Translations under genes and position numbers: made by a program
The notes under the pieces: model-generated
Database searches by the model: none
What the model saw: the letters and a program-made list of their open reading frames with translations, nothing else
What the model was told of the DNA's origin: nothing
Shown here: piece by piece, positions 11,456 to 23,845 of the stretch
Layout: every line of letters begins with the position of its first letter
How positions within the stretch are numbered: the stretch's first letter is position 1
NCBI RefSeq assembly: GCF_026210795.1
Contig: NC_089433.1
Location: forward strand, 5,580,001-5,644,000
Reading direction: 5' to 3'
DNA length: 64,000 bases
Source of the DNA: Rhizophagus irregularis
Taxonomy: Eukaryota

Positions 11456-13897
11456 ATGTCATTTCGCAGATCTCACAGAAGGCAGAGAAGAACATGTGAA
11501 GAACATAAAGCTGAGCTGGAAGAAGAGAACTATCATCTTCATAGTGAATTGCAGATAGAAGTTGATACTAATCGCCAGAATGAGAGACAAATTAATCAAC
11601 TGGAACGGGATTATACCCGATGTGAGCAAGAAATTCAAGATCTCAATAAGGAGATAGAGCGTCTTGAAAATGCTTCGAAAGAAGAAATAGTAGAGTTAAA
11701 ATCTGAAATCTCTACCCTAAAAAGTCAGCTATATTAAGCTAGAAATGATGTGCAAGATAAGGGAAAATATATTTCTAGTTTAGAAGAGTAGTTAGTAAAA
11801 TCTGAGGAACAAATTAAGAAATTGCGATACCGGATCAGAAGCATCTTATCACGAAAAAATTTGCCTGAACGAGAGAATTCTCCAGACTTGTATAATTCGG
11901 ATGATAATATGGCCACAATCACAGAGCTAGCAAATGCTATAGATGGTTATGTGGATAATAGAGCAACAACTAGGGATATTCTTATAGACCAAATAAAAAG
12001 AATTACAAAGCAGATATGCCGAAAAGAAAATAATTTGCATCAGGATTTATCCGTAAGCAACGAAGGCATTATGATGCAGGTTGAGCGATAATGAAATTAT
12101 ACGGCGCAACTTGTCAAGGTAGAATAACTAATGTTATTGCGATCTCCATCAATATCAAACTAATACTCAAAACCAGGTAAATAGAATGATAGGTAATATG
12201 GCAAAAAAACAAGCCTGTATAGGTGTGCTGGTACAAGAAAAATTTGCCTTACAATTATTGTATCGGCGAAATGCACGCCACTTACGGCGAAGTAGAGGGG
12301 ATATAGGTCTGTTAGAATTTAATCGAGACAGGGCTCTATGAACGATACGAGAAATGGAAAATAAAATACAGCCGAGAGCGCCAGAATAATTTAAATTTAC
12401 AGGGACAAATTTTGGCGCTTCAGAATAATCCACCTAATCAAGTAAATATGGCAGGAATACCTCATCCATATTTCGACTGGGATGATAGTATCCCAGACTT
12501 TCTTGCACAACTTAGACTAGACTTGCAGAATCGGGAAATAGATCCAAATGATAATGTAGCAGGTCCCCAACAAGAAGAGATAATGCAATAGGACATTTAA
12601 GCCAGCCCTGTACTGGTGAGGAAGGACTTTAGAATGGTTCGATGATGAGATTACTACAAAGCAGAATTGGAAGCTAACTAACTTACTCAATAATACAGGG
12701 AAGGCTAACTTAGTTGCAGTAAATGGGCGAACTGCAGTACAGATAGGAGCTAATGCATTAAATGAGGCTGTTGGCCAACCAGGAAATGCAATAGTCAAGT
12801 TAAGAGCTGTAGAAGATGCTTGGAATGAAGACTGGCGTATAGCAGGTGGCTGTCCTACTAATGCTCCTGTAAATGCACCAAATGCTAATGCTAAAAATAC
12901 AGTAGTTGTAGCTGGTATTCGATTTGGTCAAGCCGTATGGTGACTAAAAACTCATTTCCCTACAGTAGAAGAGGAACTTTGGGATTTGATGTATGGAACA
13001 ATCAGAAAGGGAGACATGACTATAGATGAATTATATAGAAAAATATTACGAATAGGTAGACGAGCCAACTATAGACCTGAAGAATTACGTAAAAAGTTCT
13101 TAGATGCTTTACCACTTTTATGGCTTGAAAAAGCTGAAGATATTGGTAAACATTTGCCATTAGATGAATTAGCTAAAAAGCTTTATGAGATAGAATTACG
13201 CCAAATAGCTAGATATAAAAGAGATAAAATATCTGATCCGCTAGTATCTAATCGAGCATCTTGGCAAATATATGAACCTTTACCTGTTTCAGCTTCACAA
13301 CAGTATGGAATATCTTTCGAAGATATGCAAAAAGCACTAGCACAGCAAAAAACTGAATACCAGTCTTTATTAGAAAAACAAAAAGCCGATTTCTAATCAC
13401 AAATGGTCCAGCAAACTAAAAAGATACCTCCACCAGTTCCTCCTAAAAATATGGAACAGCTTCTTGATACATATGAAAGCGCTAATCCTTTTCCTAATAC
13501 ACTTACTAAGGAAGAAATAATGAGAGTGATCGCAAAAGCTTATGGGCCACCTCCTAAACCACAAAAACCAGAAAAGTTGCAATCATTTAGAATCGATAGA
13601 TTAGAGTCAAAAATAGATGAAATTGGTCAGATGACATCTAAGTTTGGTAGGATATCACTTAATGATCAATCTCGAAAGCCTTTTTATTGCAGTAATTGCG
13701 GACAGGAAGGGCATAAGAAGAATAATTGCCTAAGGTTAAATCCTGTAGCTAAATCCAATTTTACTCAATGTTACTATCCTCAACTTCCATCTACACAGCC
13801 CCAATATACGCCTCCAGATTCAGATAATGAGGAAGATGGTTATGATAAAGTAGAAAATGGGTGGTATTATGTATCAGCAAAAAAAAACAGTCACTAG
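11456..13897 (+). pseudogene. Retroelement gag-like polyprotein, decayed
   Basis: N-terminal coiled coil, Retrotrans_gag-like segment (TIDELYRKILRIGRRANY..FLDALP) and CCHC knuckle CSNCGQEGHKKNNC. Many stops and frameshifts. Confidence 0.8.
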
Positions 13898-14713
13898 TAA
13901 ATAAAAAGTTGTCTTTAGAATCCAGCCAGCCTGAAACGTATGACGAGCTATTGCCAAAACTTTCACTGGCAATGCGCAAAATATGTCTATCTCGAAAGGC
14001 TCAGGAGGAGAAGTCAAAGAAAGATGAGTAGTTTTCGTCATTACAATATCTGAATGCTAATATAGATGATTTAATGATATCTAATTCTTTTTTAGATGGT
14101 GGGAGTGAGTTCGGGGGTAAATGATGCAACAATTAATGCCCTTGGGTGGAAAGCTGACAAGCCATTAGACTTCACAATAAAAGATAACTCCAAACATATC
14201 ACCGAATCATTGAGATGGTTTACGGATGTGCCAGTCAGTATAAAGTAAGGTTGCGGGCTAAACTGGTTTTTGAATTTGGCAAAACGTCTAAACCTCAATT
14301 TTGTCAATTTTTTTATAAGAGTTTATTATAGTTTTGTCATTTCATATGATTTTTATAGTCAAGTTTCACCAAATTTTTATTAATATTTTAATATAGTTTT
14401 GTCAAGTTTCGCATTTACTATGAGGTTTCGCCTGCAACCTTAGTATAAAGGATAAGGATGGTAAATCGGTTACAGCTACTGGAAATTTTACTCGTATTAA
14501 TAATGGTGAGCCTGAACCAATGCTATGTTTAGGTATGACATGGATTCGAAAAGTTCAAGGTATTTTCAATCCGAATAAAAACCAATTCTGAATGAAGTTA
14601 CATGGGAAGTCTTACACTATTCCAACATATAGCAAGGCCCCGGCGGGTGGGCAAAGATTCGTCAAAAGAGGATCAGGACCAAGTAACTACCAATTCCTCT
14701 AACCTGACTAGTG
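13882..14713 (+). pseudogene. Retropepsin-type aspartic protease in the -1 frame of gag, split by a MITE and truncated by a hAT
   Basis: YLNANIDDLMISNSFLDGGSEF...FTDVPVSIK|DKDGK...PMLCLGMTWIRKV...GKSYTIPT after removing the MITE. Confidence 0.8.
14246..14442. mobile_element. hAT-type MITE (197 bp)
   Basis: 8-bp TSD gtataaag (14238-45, 14443-50). TIR taaggttgcgggctaaac vs rc taaggttgcaggcgaaac. Confidence 0.92.
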
Positions 14714-14859
14714 TAGAGGTAGACTCTGAATCCGGTCAATCCGGATATCTGGTGATCCATCCGAAAATTAACCAGATTCAGATTGATCCGGATGATTCAT
14801 CGGATTGACCGGATGGATCATCAGATATCCAGTGATTTTTTTTTTTTTTTTAACAGTTT

Positions 14860-16735
14860 ATATTTTAGGTTCGGAGGACGGAAGACAGGCCACAGAAAAG
14901 GGTAAGTTTTTTTTTAACCTTTGAGCTTTTTTTATCTTTATTTGATTAGTTTCTTTTATTATAGGATACAATGGCACTACGAACTACAGATCTCAACAAT
15001 GAAAGTTAGGGTAAGTTTTTTTATTACTGTTCTTTTGTCTTTGGAACGTTACTATCATTCCTTTTTCTTTCTTTTCTTTAAGGAATGCTGATCTAGAGCT
15101 AGATTTATAAAGGTACGTTGGAATGAGTGTCATTTTGGCCATTAGAAACGTCATTAATGCTTCTTTTCTTTAGGGGGCATCTTTCTGGACCTAGGTTTCA
15201 GCTTGGGCTATAAATGTGAGTATAAACTTCTTTGTTTTTCGTCTTGAGAACGTCACTAACGTTCCTTTTACTTCATTTCTTTAGGGAACGCTTGTTTGGA
15301 CTTGGATTTCGATAAATGTGAGTATAAATTTCATTGTTTTTCGTCTTGGGAACGTCACTAACGTTCCTTTTATTCCATTTCTTTAGGGGACACGTGTTTA
15401 GACCTGGATTTTGGCTTGGATTATAAATGTGAGTATAAATTTCTTTGTTTTTTGTTTTGGGAACGTTACTGACGTTCCTTTTACTCCATTTCTTTAGGGA
15501 CACATGTTTATATATATATATATATATATATATCCTACAAACGAGATTAGGCAGTCTTACTGACAGTTAAAGTGTTAATAAATATATAGAAACCTCGAAA
15601 GTAACAACTCCCCAACCAGCCATGACGGAAATTAAACAAAGTATAGTAAAACGAGTTAGTTTAAAAGTGTTTGGACCTGGATTTCGGCTTGGGCTATGAA
15701 GGTGAGTTATGGGTGGGTTTTTTTGTGTTTTTTTTTGTCTTTGGAACGTCACTAACGTTCCTTTTACTCCATTTCTTTAGGGGACGCGTGTTTGGACCTG
15801 GATTTCGGCTTGGCTATAAAGGTTCTTCACATGTTCTTATACGATGATTGTTGTTATTTGTATCATTATTAGATGTGGACGTTTGTTGAACTGGTTGAGG
15901 TTGATGTGTGTTTGGAACTTTGGATCAATAACCACAACAATATTGCACAACAATACCCAAAGACAGAAACTATCTAGGTCTCAGAGAATAAGATCAAACA
16001 AATGGAGGAAATGTATAATGCGGTAACTACAAGTGTAAATGTCTTTGTTTTCCGTCTTGGGAATGTCACTAACGTTCCTTTTACTTTATTTTGCTTAGGC
16101 TATGAAGGTAAGTTATGGGTGGGGGTTTTTTTTTTGTTTTTTTTTGTTTTTGGAATGTCACTAACGTTCCTTTTACTTCATTTCTTTAGGGGACGCCTGC
16201 CTGGACCTGGATTTCGGCTTGGGCTATGAAGGTAAATTATGAGTGAGGTTTTTTGTTTTTTGTTTGTCTTTGGAACGTCATTAACGTTTTTTTTACTCCA
16301 TTTCTTTAGGGACGCCTGTCTGGACCTGGTTTTCAGCTTGGGCTATGAAGGTAAATTATGAGTGAGGTTTTTTGTTTTTTGTTTATCTTTGGAACGTCAT
16401 TAACGTTCCTTTTGTTTTTTTTTTCTTTAGGGGACACTTTCTTGAACCCAAATTTCAGCTTGGATTATGAAAGGTATGTTTGGAATAAGTAAATGTCACT
16501 TTTTTTTGTTTTGGGAATTAATAATATTTATTTTACTTTTTTTTTAGGGATGTTTCTTTGAACTTTGTTTTTTGCTTTGACTTTGAATTATAAGTTGAAA
16601 AAGAGGAACTTTATTTTTTGTTTGAGAATATTATTAAGGTTCTTTTTAAATGGTAAGTTGGGATGGGGTGAATTTCATTTTTATTTAAGAACATTACTAT
16701 AAATATTTCTTCTGATTTTTTTTTTATAGGCACCT
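14860..16735 (+). repeat. Micro-exon/intron-like tandem array B-left (mostly 42-nt exon units)
   Basis: Unit: cactaac..tttctttag|GGGACGCCTGCCTGGACCTGGATTTCGGCTTGGGCTATGAAG|gtaa/gtgag, about 14 units. Confidence 0.75.
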
Positions 16736-16972
16736 TAAATTTTACAAGGTCAATTAGAAAAAGGAAAAGATCAGTTTTGTAAAACAATCTTAAATAAAGA
16801 TAATCTATTTAAGTTTTTATTTTATCTAACTTTATTTGTTATTGATAATCAAAAAGTATTTGTAATTCAAATTACATGTAAAATTTTTTATTTTTTTTCT
16901 CACACTTTCTTCTTTTTCTTGTAAAAGAATTTTAATTTTTTACAATAATTTTTTATATATTTTCTTATAAAT

Positions 16973-19014
16973 ATGAGTTCAAGTTCTGTTGAAAATGATC
17001 AGAATAATCAAAATGATCAAGATTCCACTAAAAAAAAAAGAGGTGGATCTCAAAAAAAAAGTTGGGTATGAGAGTAGTTTGTATCTAATGATGGAATTAC
17101 TGCTATATGTCAAGTAGAAGTTATCTCAGGTGAAATATGTGGTAAAAAATATCAGCATAAAGGTTCAACAGGCATTTTGATAGATCATTTAAGTGGTAAA
17201 CATCAAATAACAAAAGAAACAACAAAGCAAAATTATGTGGTAAGAAATAATTGTAATTTAATTTATTTAAATTTAATAATTTACTAATTAATAATTTAAT
17301 AATCTTAGCCTCCAGAATTTCATGGGTTAAAAATTACACCACATAAGGAGTCTCGTCAAATCGAACTTCGTAATCTATTAATTAGTTGGATAATTTTTGA
17401 TACTCAACCTTTAAATATTACACATTCAAAATCTTTTCAAAGATTTATAAAAGAACTTGACCCAGCATTTAACATTCCAAATGTTAAATTAATTAAACAA
17501 ACCATCCAAAGTGCCTATAATTATACACTTCCTTTAATTCAAAAATTTGTTGAAAATAATGCAATTTCAATTAATTTGAGAACTGATATGTGGACTGGTA
17601 GAAACAGACAGGGATTTTTGGGTGTAGTAACTTGTTCTTTTTTAGATAAAAATTTCACCATTCATAAAGTTATCCTTACAATTGATATCCTCATACCGCA
17701 CAAAATATATTTGATGCATTATTTGTTATTCTAGATGAATGGGGTTTAAGAGATAAAACAAATGTAATAGTAACTGACAATGGTGCAAATATGAAAAAAG
17801 CCATAAAAGAAATGAATAATATTACATCTAATATAAAATGGCAGCCATGTACCGCCCATACTTTACAATTAGTGGTGGGAAAAGGTTTAAATTCAGTCAA
17901 ATTATTAGTATTAAGAGCAAAAAAACTAATTGATTTTTTTTTAAGACCAAAACAAAGTCAAAGATTAGAGGAAATTCAAAAAAAATCACAAAATCAAATT
18001 GATGTGGTAAGGATTTTAATTTTATAATTTATATTTATTAATTATTTAAATTATTTTTATTTATATAATAATTTTTATAATAATTAGAATGCTGGCAAAA
18101 CTAGCGAATATTTCCTTCAAATGGTTGCAGATATTTCCACTAGGTGGAATTCAACATACTATGCTTGGGATAGGTTAATTAAAATCAAAGGTTATATTCA
18201 AATTCTAATTGTAGAATTAGTAAATAATGAAAGTGATATTGATGCAAAAAAAGATGGAAAACAACTTGAAAAAATTATGTTAAGTTCTGATGAATGGGAA
18301 CTTTTACAACAATTAGTTATAACTCTTGGACCATTTGAAGAGGCAACTAATTATCTTGGTGGAGAAAAATATATTACACATAGCATTATGAATCCAGTAA
18401 TTGAACAAATTAAAACTTTATTACTTTTACCATTATCTAATTCACCTAGTTCATCTACACCTACGTCACCTACATTATCTACATTACCTGTAACAGCCTT
18501 TAATACATTAGAAATATATCAGGAAATTGAAAATGCAGCTGACATTTTTGTTTTAATAGAAGAAGTGGAAATTTTAGAAAATAATGTTGAAAATAATAAT
18601 AATCAAGCAAAAGAAGACAAAATTAATTTGGATAAACCGTTAGAAACTAAAGATCTTCTAGATCAAGTAAAAAAAGATCTTTATAATGCAATGTGTTTTT
18701 ATTGGAATGTTTTATCCGAAGATTATATAGTATCAACAATACTTGATCCCAGAATTAAGTCTATAAATAATAAAGTAAAAGGAGAGGAAATTTTACGTAA
18801 AAAATATGAAGAATATAAAGAAAATTATTTACCAACTCCCAATGAACTATTCCTGTATGTAACATCCACTCCTTCAGAAAGGTTATTTTCTGATGCAGGA
18901 AATCTACTTACAGCAAAGCGATCCAAAATGAATTCAGAACTTTTTAAGCATGTAATGTTTTTAAAAAGAAATGCAATTAAAGTTAATAATAATATTTATA
19001 ATATTTATGGATAA
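16973..19014 (+). pseudogene. hAT transposase (BED finger, RNase H-like core), disrupted
   Basis: SWV*E*F...C...C...GSTGHLIDHL; TDMWT; TDNGANM; CTAHTLQL; TRWNSTY; LDPR; TSTPSERLFS. Introns near 17240-17308 and 18007-18087. Confidence 0.92.
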
Positions 19015-19099
19015 TTATTTATAGTTTAAATTAATCAGTTATATAATTTATTATAATAAATATACTATTATTTTATTAAAATTATAAAACTTATTGTAG

Positions 19100-20790
19100 A
19101 ATCCTAAAACTAATAATTTTAAAGATTCCCATTCCTTAAAAAAGAAGCAAAGAGTTCCCAAATAAAGAAAAATAAAATAAAAATTCTTCTTTTCCATCTT
19201 ACAATTTAAAATCCAAACTAAAATTCAGGTCCAGGAAAGCATCTAAAGAAAAAAGAAAAAGAATGTTAATAACACCCCCAATGACAAAAATAAACAAAAA
19301 CATCCTTCTCCTAACTTACCTTCATAGCCCAAGCCAAAATCCAAGTCTCCTCTAAGATAAAAAAAAAGGAATGTTTATGACATTCATAATGACAAAAAAC
19401 AACAAAAGTCCCTCTTAAGTTAAGATCTAAGTCCGGGAAGACGTCTCCTAAAGAAAGAAGAAGGAACGTTAATGACGTTTCCAATGACTAAAAAAAAATG
19501 AAACCCTTACTCCTAACTTACAATTACAGCCCAAAGCCAAAAACCAGGCGTTCCCTAAAGAAAAAAAGAAGAAGGAACGTTAACGACGTTCCTAATGGCA
19601 AAAACAAATAAAAACCCCACTTACAAAGGTCCAGGCAGGCATCCCCTAAAGAAATGGAGTAAAAGGAACGTTAGTGACATTCCCAAGACGGAAAAACAAA
19701 GAAATTTACACTTGTAGTTAACGCATTATACATTGCCTCCATTTGTTTGATCTTATTCTCTGAGATCTAGCTAGTTTCTGTCTTTAGGTATTGACTGATT
19801 AGAGGAGAGTAGTTGTGACCATACGTATACTGTTGGGTTTTTTATATGATTTTGTGACAGGATCAGAAATTTGTTGTGCGATATTGTTGTGGTTATTGAT
19901 CCAAACACACATCAACCTCAACCAGTTCAACAAACGTTCACATCTAATAATGATACAAATAACAATAATCATCATGTAAGAACACGTGGAGAACCTTTAT
20001 AGCCCAAGCTGAAATCCAGGTTCAGGCAGACGTCCCCTAAAGAAATTGAGTAAAAGGAACGTTAGTGATGTTCTAAAGACAAAAAAAAACAAAAAACCCC
20101 CACCCATAACTTACCTTCATAGCCCAAGCCGAAATCCAGGGTCCAGGCGGGCGTCCCCTAAAGAAATGGAGTAATAGGAAGTTAGTGACGTTCCAAAGAC
20201 AAAAAAAAAACCCCCCACTCATAATTTACCTTTATAGTCAAGCCGAAATCCAGGTCCAAATACGCGTCCCCTAAAGAAATGGAGTAAAAGGAACGTTAGT
20301 GACGTTCCCAAGACAAAAAAAAACACAAAAAAACCTACCCATAACTCACTTTCATAGCCAAAGCTGAAATCCAGGTCCAAACATTAAACTAACTCGTTTT
20401 ACTATACTTTGTTTACTTTCCGTCATGGCTGGTTGGGGAGTTGTTACTTTCGAAGTTTCCATATATTTATTAATACTTTAACCGTCAGTAAGACTGCCTA
20501 ATCTCATTTGTGGGATATATATATATATATATATATATAAACACACGTCTTCTAAAGAAATGGAGTAAAAGGACAACGCTGCGACGTTCCCAAAACAAAA
20601 AACAAAGAAATTTATATTTACATTTATAATCCAAGCCGAAATCCAGGTCCAAACACGCGTCCCCTAAAGAAATGGAGTAAAAGGAATGTTAGTGACATTC
20701 CCAAGATGAAAAACAGAGAAAATTACACTTACCTTTTGAAATCCAAGTCGTCCAAGTTTAATTCCGAAGTCCAAGTTATAAGTTCAAACC
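19100..20790 (-). repeat. Micro-exon/intron-like array B-right, inverted copy of B-left
   Basis: Reverse complement of B-left units, with mirrored (TA)n at 15509-15533 and 20515-20539 and mirrored unique inserts. Confidence 0.75.
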
Positions 20791-21040
20791 CGTCCTTAAA
20801 GAAAAAAGTTTTTTTTTTTTTAAAAAAAAAAGCATAATATTAAAAAAAAATAGACCAGATTGGACCAGATTATCTGATCAATCCGGTCAATCCGGTCATC
20901 TATGTAACATCTGATCAATCCGATGTTATCCAATGGATCCATCCAGATTATTCACAATCCGTTCATTCCTAATCTGGATGATCCGTTTTTTGATCGAATC
21001 GGATGATGGATTGAACAGATTTTACCGGAGCACACCTCTA

Positions 21041-21836
21041 CTTCATAATCAGTTTCTTCATAATTTTTTATCAGTTTTATGTATAAATTCCAGCTTTGCT
21101 TTAAATTAAACTGACTTAGTATTTTTTCCCAACCTTCATTATTAACTTCTTCCCAATAAGAAGGAGGTACCGAACAGTTTCTCCAATCCGAGCCATCGCA
21201 GTTGTTGGCAATAAAGTAAAATCTTAGTGCTCGTTTTAATATTGTGGATAGCCTTTTTTTCCTTTGAAGATTTGTACTCCAGACATGCTTTATATCATTT
21301 TTGTAAGGAATTCCCTTAGTGGCGCAATTTATTGCATAAATAGCAAGTTTGGCTAAATTTTCATAAGTAACTGACGAACGTACTCCCGTGCAATTTTTTA
21401 AAATACTTTGTAACACCTTCTTTCGATATTCAACATATGGTATTAAGACTTCTAAATTAAATAAACATAATTAAATTCATTTAATCTTTATTAACTTTAT
21501 TAAAGAATCGATAAATTAGATATAATACCAATATGCAAAATTTCCAAATCTTTGTTGTAAGATTTATTATTTTTAAAAAATTCTTTAATTTCTTCAATTT
21601 TTTCTTCAGGATGTTTTTTTTTTACATCTATAATTCTCTTTATCTTGTTCTTCTTCATTATCACTAATATTATATGTAAATTCTTGACAAATATTTGCCC
21701 GTTTTATTACTTGAAAAGGTGTTAAATTTTTGACTCTACCAACTCTATCATCATTATTTTTTTTAAAATAAACATTATTATTTAAAATAAACAAATTAGT
21801 ATTTTTATCAAAAAAAAAAATAAGAATTTTCATCCA
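21041..21836 (-). pseudogene. Hypothetical gene remnant truncated at the hAT end
   Basis: ORF pieces 21606-21833 and 21041-21450 (...VPPSYWEEVNNEGWEKIL...), an intron near 21453-21528, and in-frame stops. Confidence 0.5.
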
Positions 21837-22024
21837 TGACAGAATTCAGTGCATTAATACAATCGTTAAGTGTTAATTTTGGAGATTCCATAATTATTTT
21901 TAAAATTCGTGAATTTCAAATATTATGTGAAAGAGAAAACAGGCGAGAAGGAGAGTATTTATATAGCTGAGTACTTGTAACGCGCAATTTAAAACAGCTC
22001 GTAACCACGTGCATTTAATCTGAA

Positions 22025-22395
22025 GAAACTGGGTTACGCACCATCAAAGCAGCGCGTCACCAAAACCGGGTTATGTGCCATCAAAACAGCGCATCACTGA
22101 AACTGGGTTACGCACCATTAAAATAGCGCATTACCAAAATCGGGTTATGCGCCATCAAAGCAGCACGTCACTGAAACTGGGTTACGCACCATCAAAGCAG
22201 CGCGTCACTGAAACTGGGTTATGCGTCATCAAAGTAGCGCATCACCGAAATCAGGTTACGCACCATCAAAGCAGTGTGTCACCAAAACTGAATTACGCGC
22301 CATCAAAGTAGCGCATCACCAAAACCAGATTACACACCATCAAAGCAGCACATCACCGAAACCAGATTACACACCATCAAAGCAGCGCGTCACCG
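22025..22395. repeat. 37-bp minisatellite, about 10 copies
   Basis: Unit gaaactgggttacgcaccatcaaagcagcgcgtcacc. Confidence 0.92.
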
Positions 22396-23305
22396 ATATA
22401 AATACTATAAAATAATTATTAAATATATATGTAAAGCCTAAATTGATTTACTTCGTAAAAAATAAAATTATATGGAATATATACTTTTATTAAAGCAATT
22501 ATAAATTACAATTTATATAATAATAATAAAACAAATATATAATTACTAGTTATTATTATTCATTTTACACCTATTTTACATTTTAATAATTTTTTATTTG
22601 CATGTATTTTTGACAAAGAAAATACAATAATATTAAGTTTTTTTTTTTACTTATAACTTAAAAATAACTGTTATATTTGCTTATAAATTTTTTCATTATA
22701 TTTAATAAAAGTGAATAGAAAAATAATAAAAAAATGATGGGCAGCTGAAAATCACCATGCGTTTAATTTTGATTATGTATCTCTCTTGACACAAGAAATA
22801 ATCTTTTTAATGGCATATATTATTGAAACAGATTCTTCAAAGCTGATAGTCTTCAGAGATCTTGAGGATCATAATGGATTTTCCTGTAATCAAATAATAC
22901 ATTGACGTTAAAAAATAATCTAATCTCAGAAGAGATACTAGACCAGAAACATTCAAAAATGTTGCTGACATAACTTATGCGAAAATAAGGTTTTTTCTAG
23001 TTGCTATGAAGAGAACTGGATTAAATTTCAACCAAGGCAATTAGTAATAGATTTCACTCTTGTCTAATTACTAATATTTTTCAATTTTATATAGATAAAA
23101 TCCTTATGAAAAGAGTTTGATCTATTAGGAAGTTTATTAAAATCAGTGAAGTATCCTTCCAAACAGAAAAAATCTTGAGATCTTGAGAATTCCATAAAAA
23201 TAAAATCGATTCCGCATCAATCATATGACTTGGTCAGAGAAACAGGAAGGGTTTGAAGGAAAATGAATGTAGAATTCAGCATGATCCCATTTTTTCCAGT
23301 GTTAA

Positions 23306-23491
23306 CCCTATAAAAAATTTTATCCGTTATTTCTGTAAAAACTCCGTAAAAATGAGCCTTTCACAGATTCATTCACGGAAAATGAAAATAATTCGATAAA
23401 TTCCGCGATATAAGGTTATTAATTCCGGAAATATGAGCCTTTTACGGAAAAAAGACAGAATATAAAAAACAGATTAACTTTTTTTACAGGG
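23306..23491. mobile_element. Short MITE with CCCT(A/G)TAAAAAA termini and TAA flanks
   Basis: taa|ccctataaaaaa ... ttttttacaggg|taa, with internal tccgt/acgga repeats. Confidence 0.7.
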
Positions 23492-23845
23492 TAAATATGG
23501 CGATTATAAGTCAATTAGATTAGCAAATAGTAAATTTGACTTTTACTTTTTGTATACTGATTTTTATTTTATACAGATGAGTGTTCGTGTTGTAGTGATG
23601 AAAAGATTATTAATATAGGTCTCTTTCCAGAATCTTTTAATATAAACAAACGGATTTTGGCGGACTTAAAGGGATACTAGAATGTGAATTTTAATAGCAA
23701 AGCTTGAATTTAAAATAAAGAATTTTCGTATTGTTTACAATCCTTAGATAAAGCAATTACGATTATTGTCATGTAGTAAATTATCTATAAAAATGTAAGA
23801 AATAAGCGTCAACTATTAAACATTAAAATAAAAAGATTTGGTTAC

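Larger units (their letters stand above)
14714..21040 (+). mobile_element. hAT transposon 2 with long internal inverted arms
   Basis: Termini tagaggtagactctg and rc tagaggtgtgctccg, atccgg subterminal repeats at both ends, central transposase. No matching TSD. Confidence 0.8.

Noticed and set aside
22075..22415. ORFs in the 37-bp minisatellite
   Set aside because: The unit is not a multiple of three, so these are repeat artefacts.
22740..23700. Possible decayed coding sequence
   Set aside because: No consistent frame or recognisable motif.
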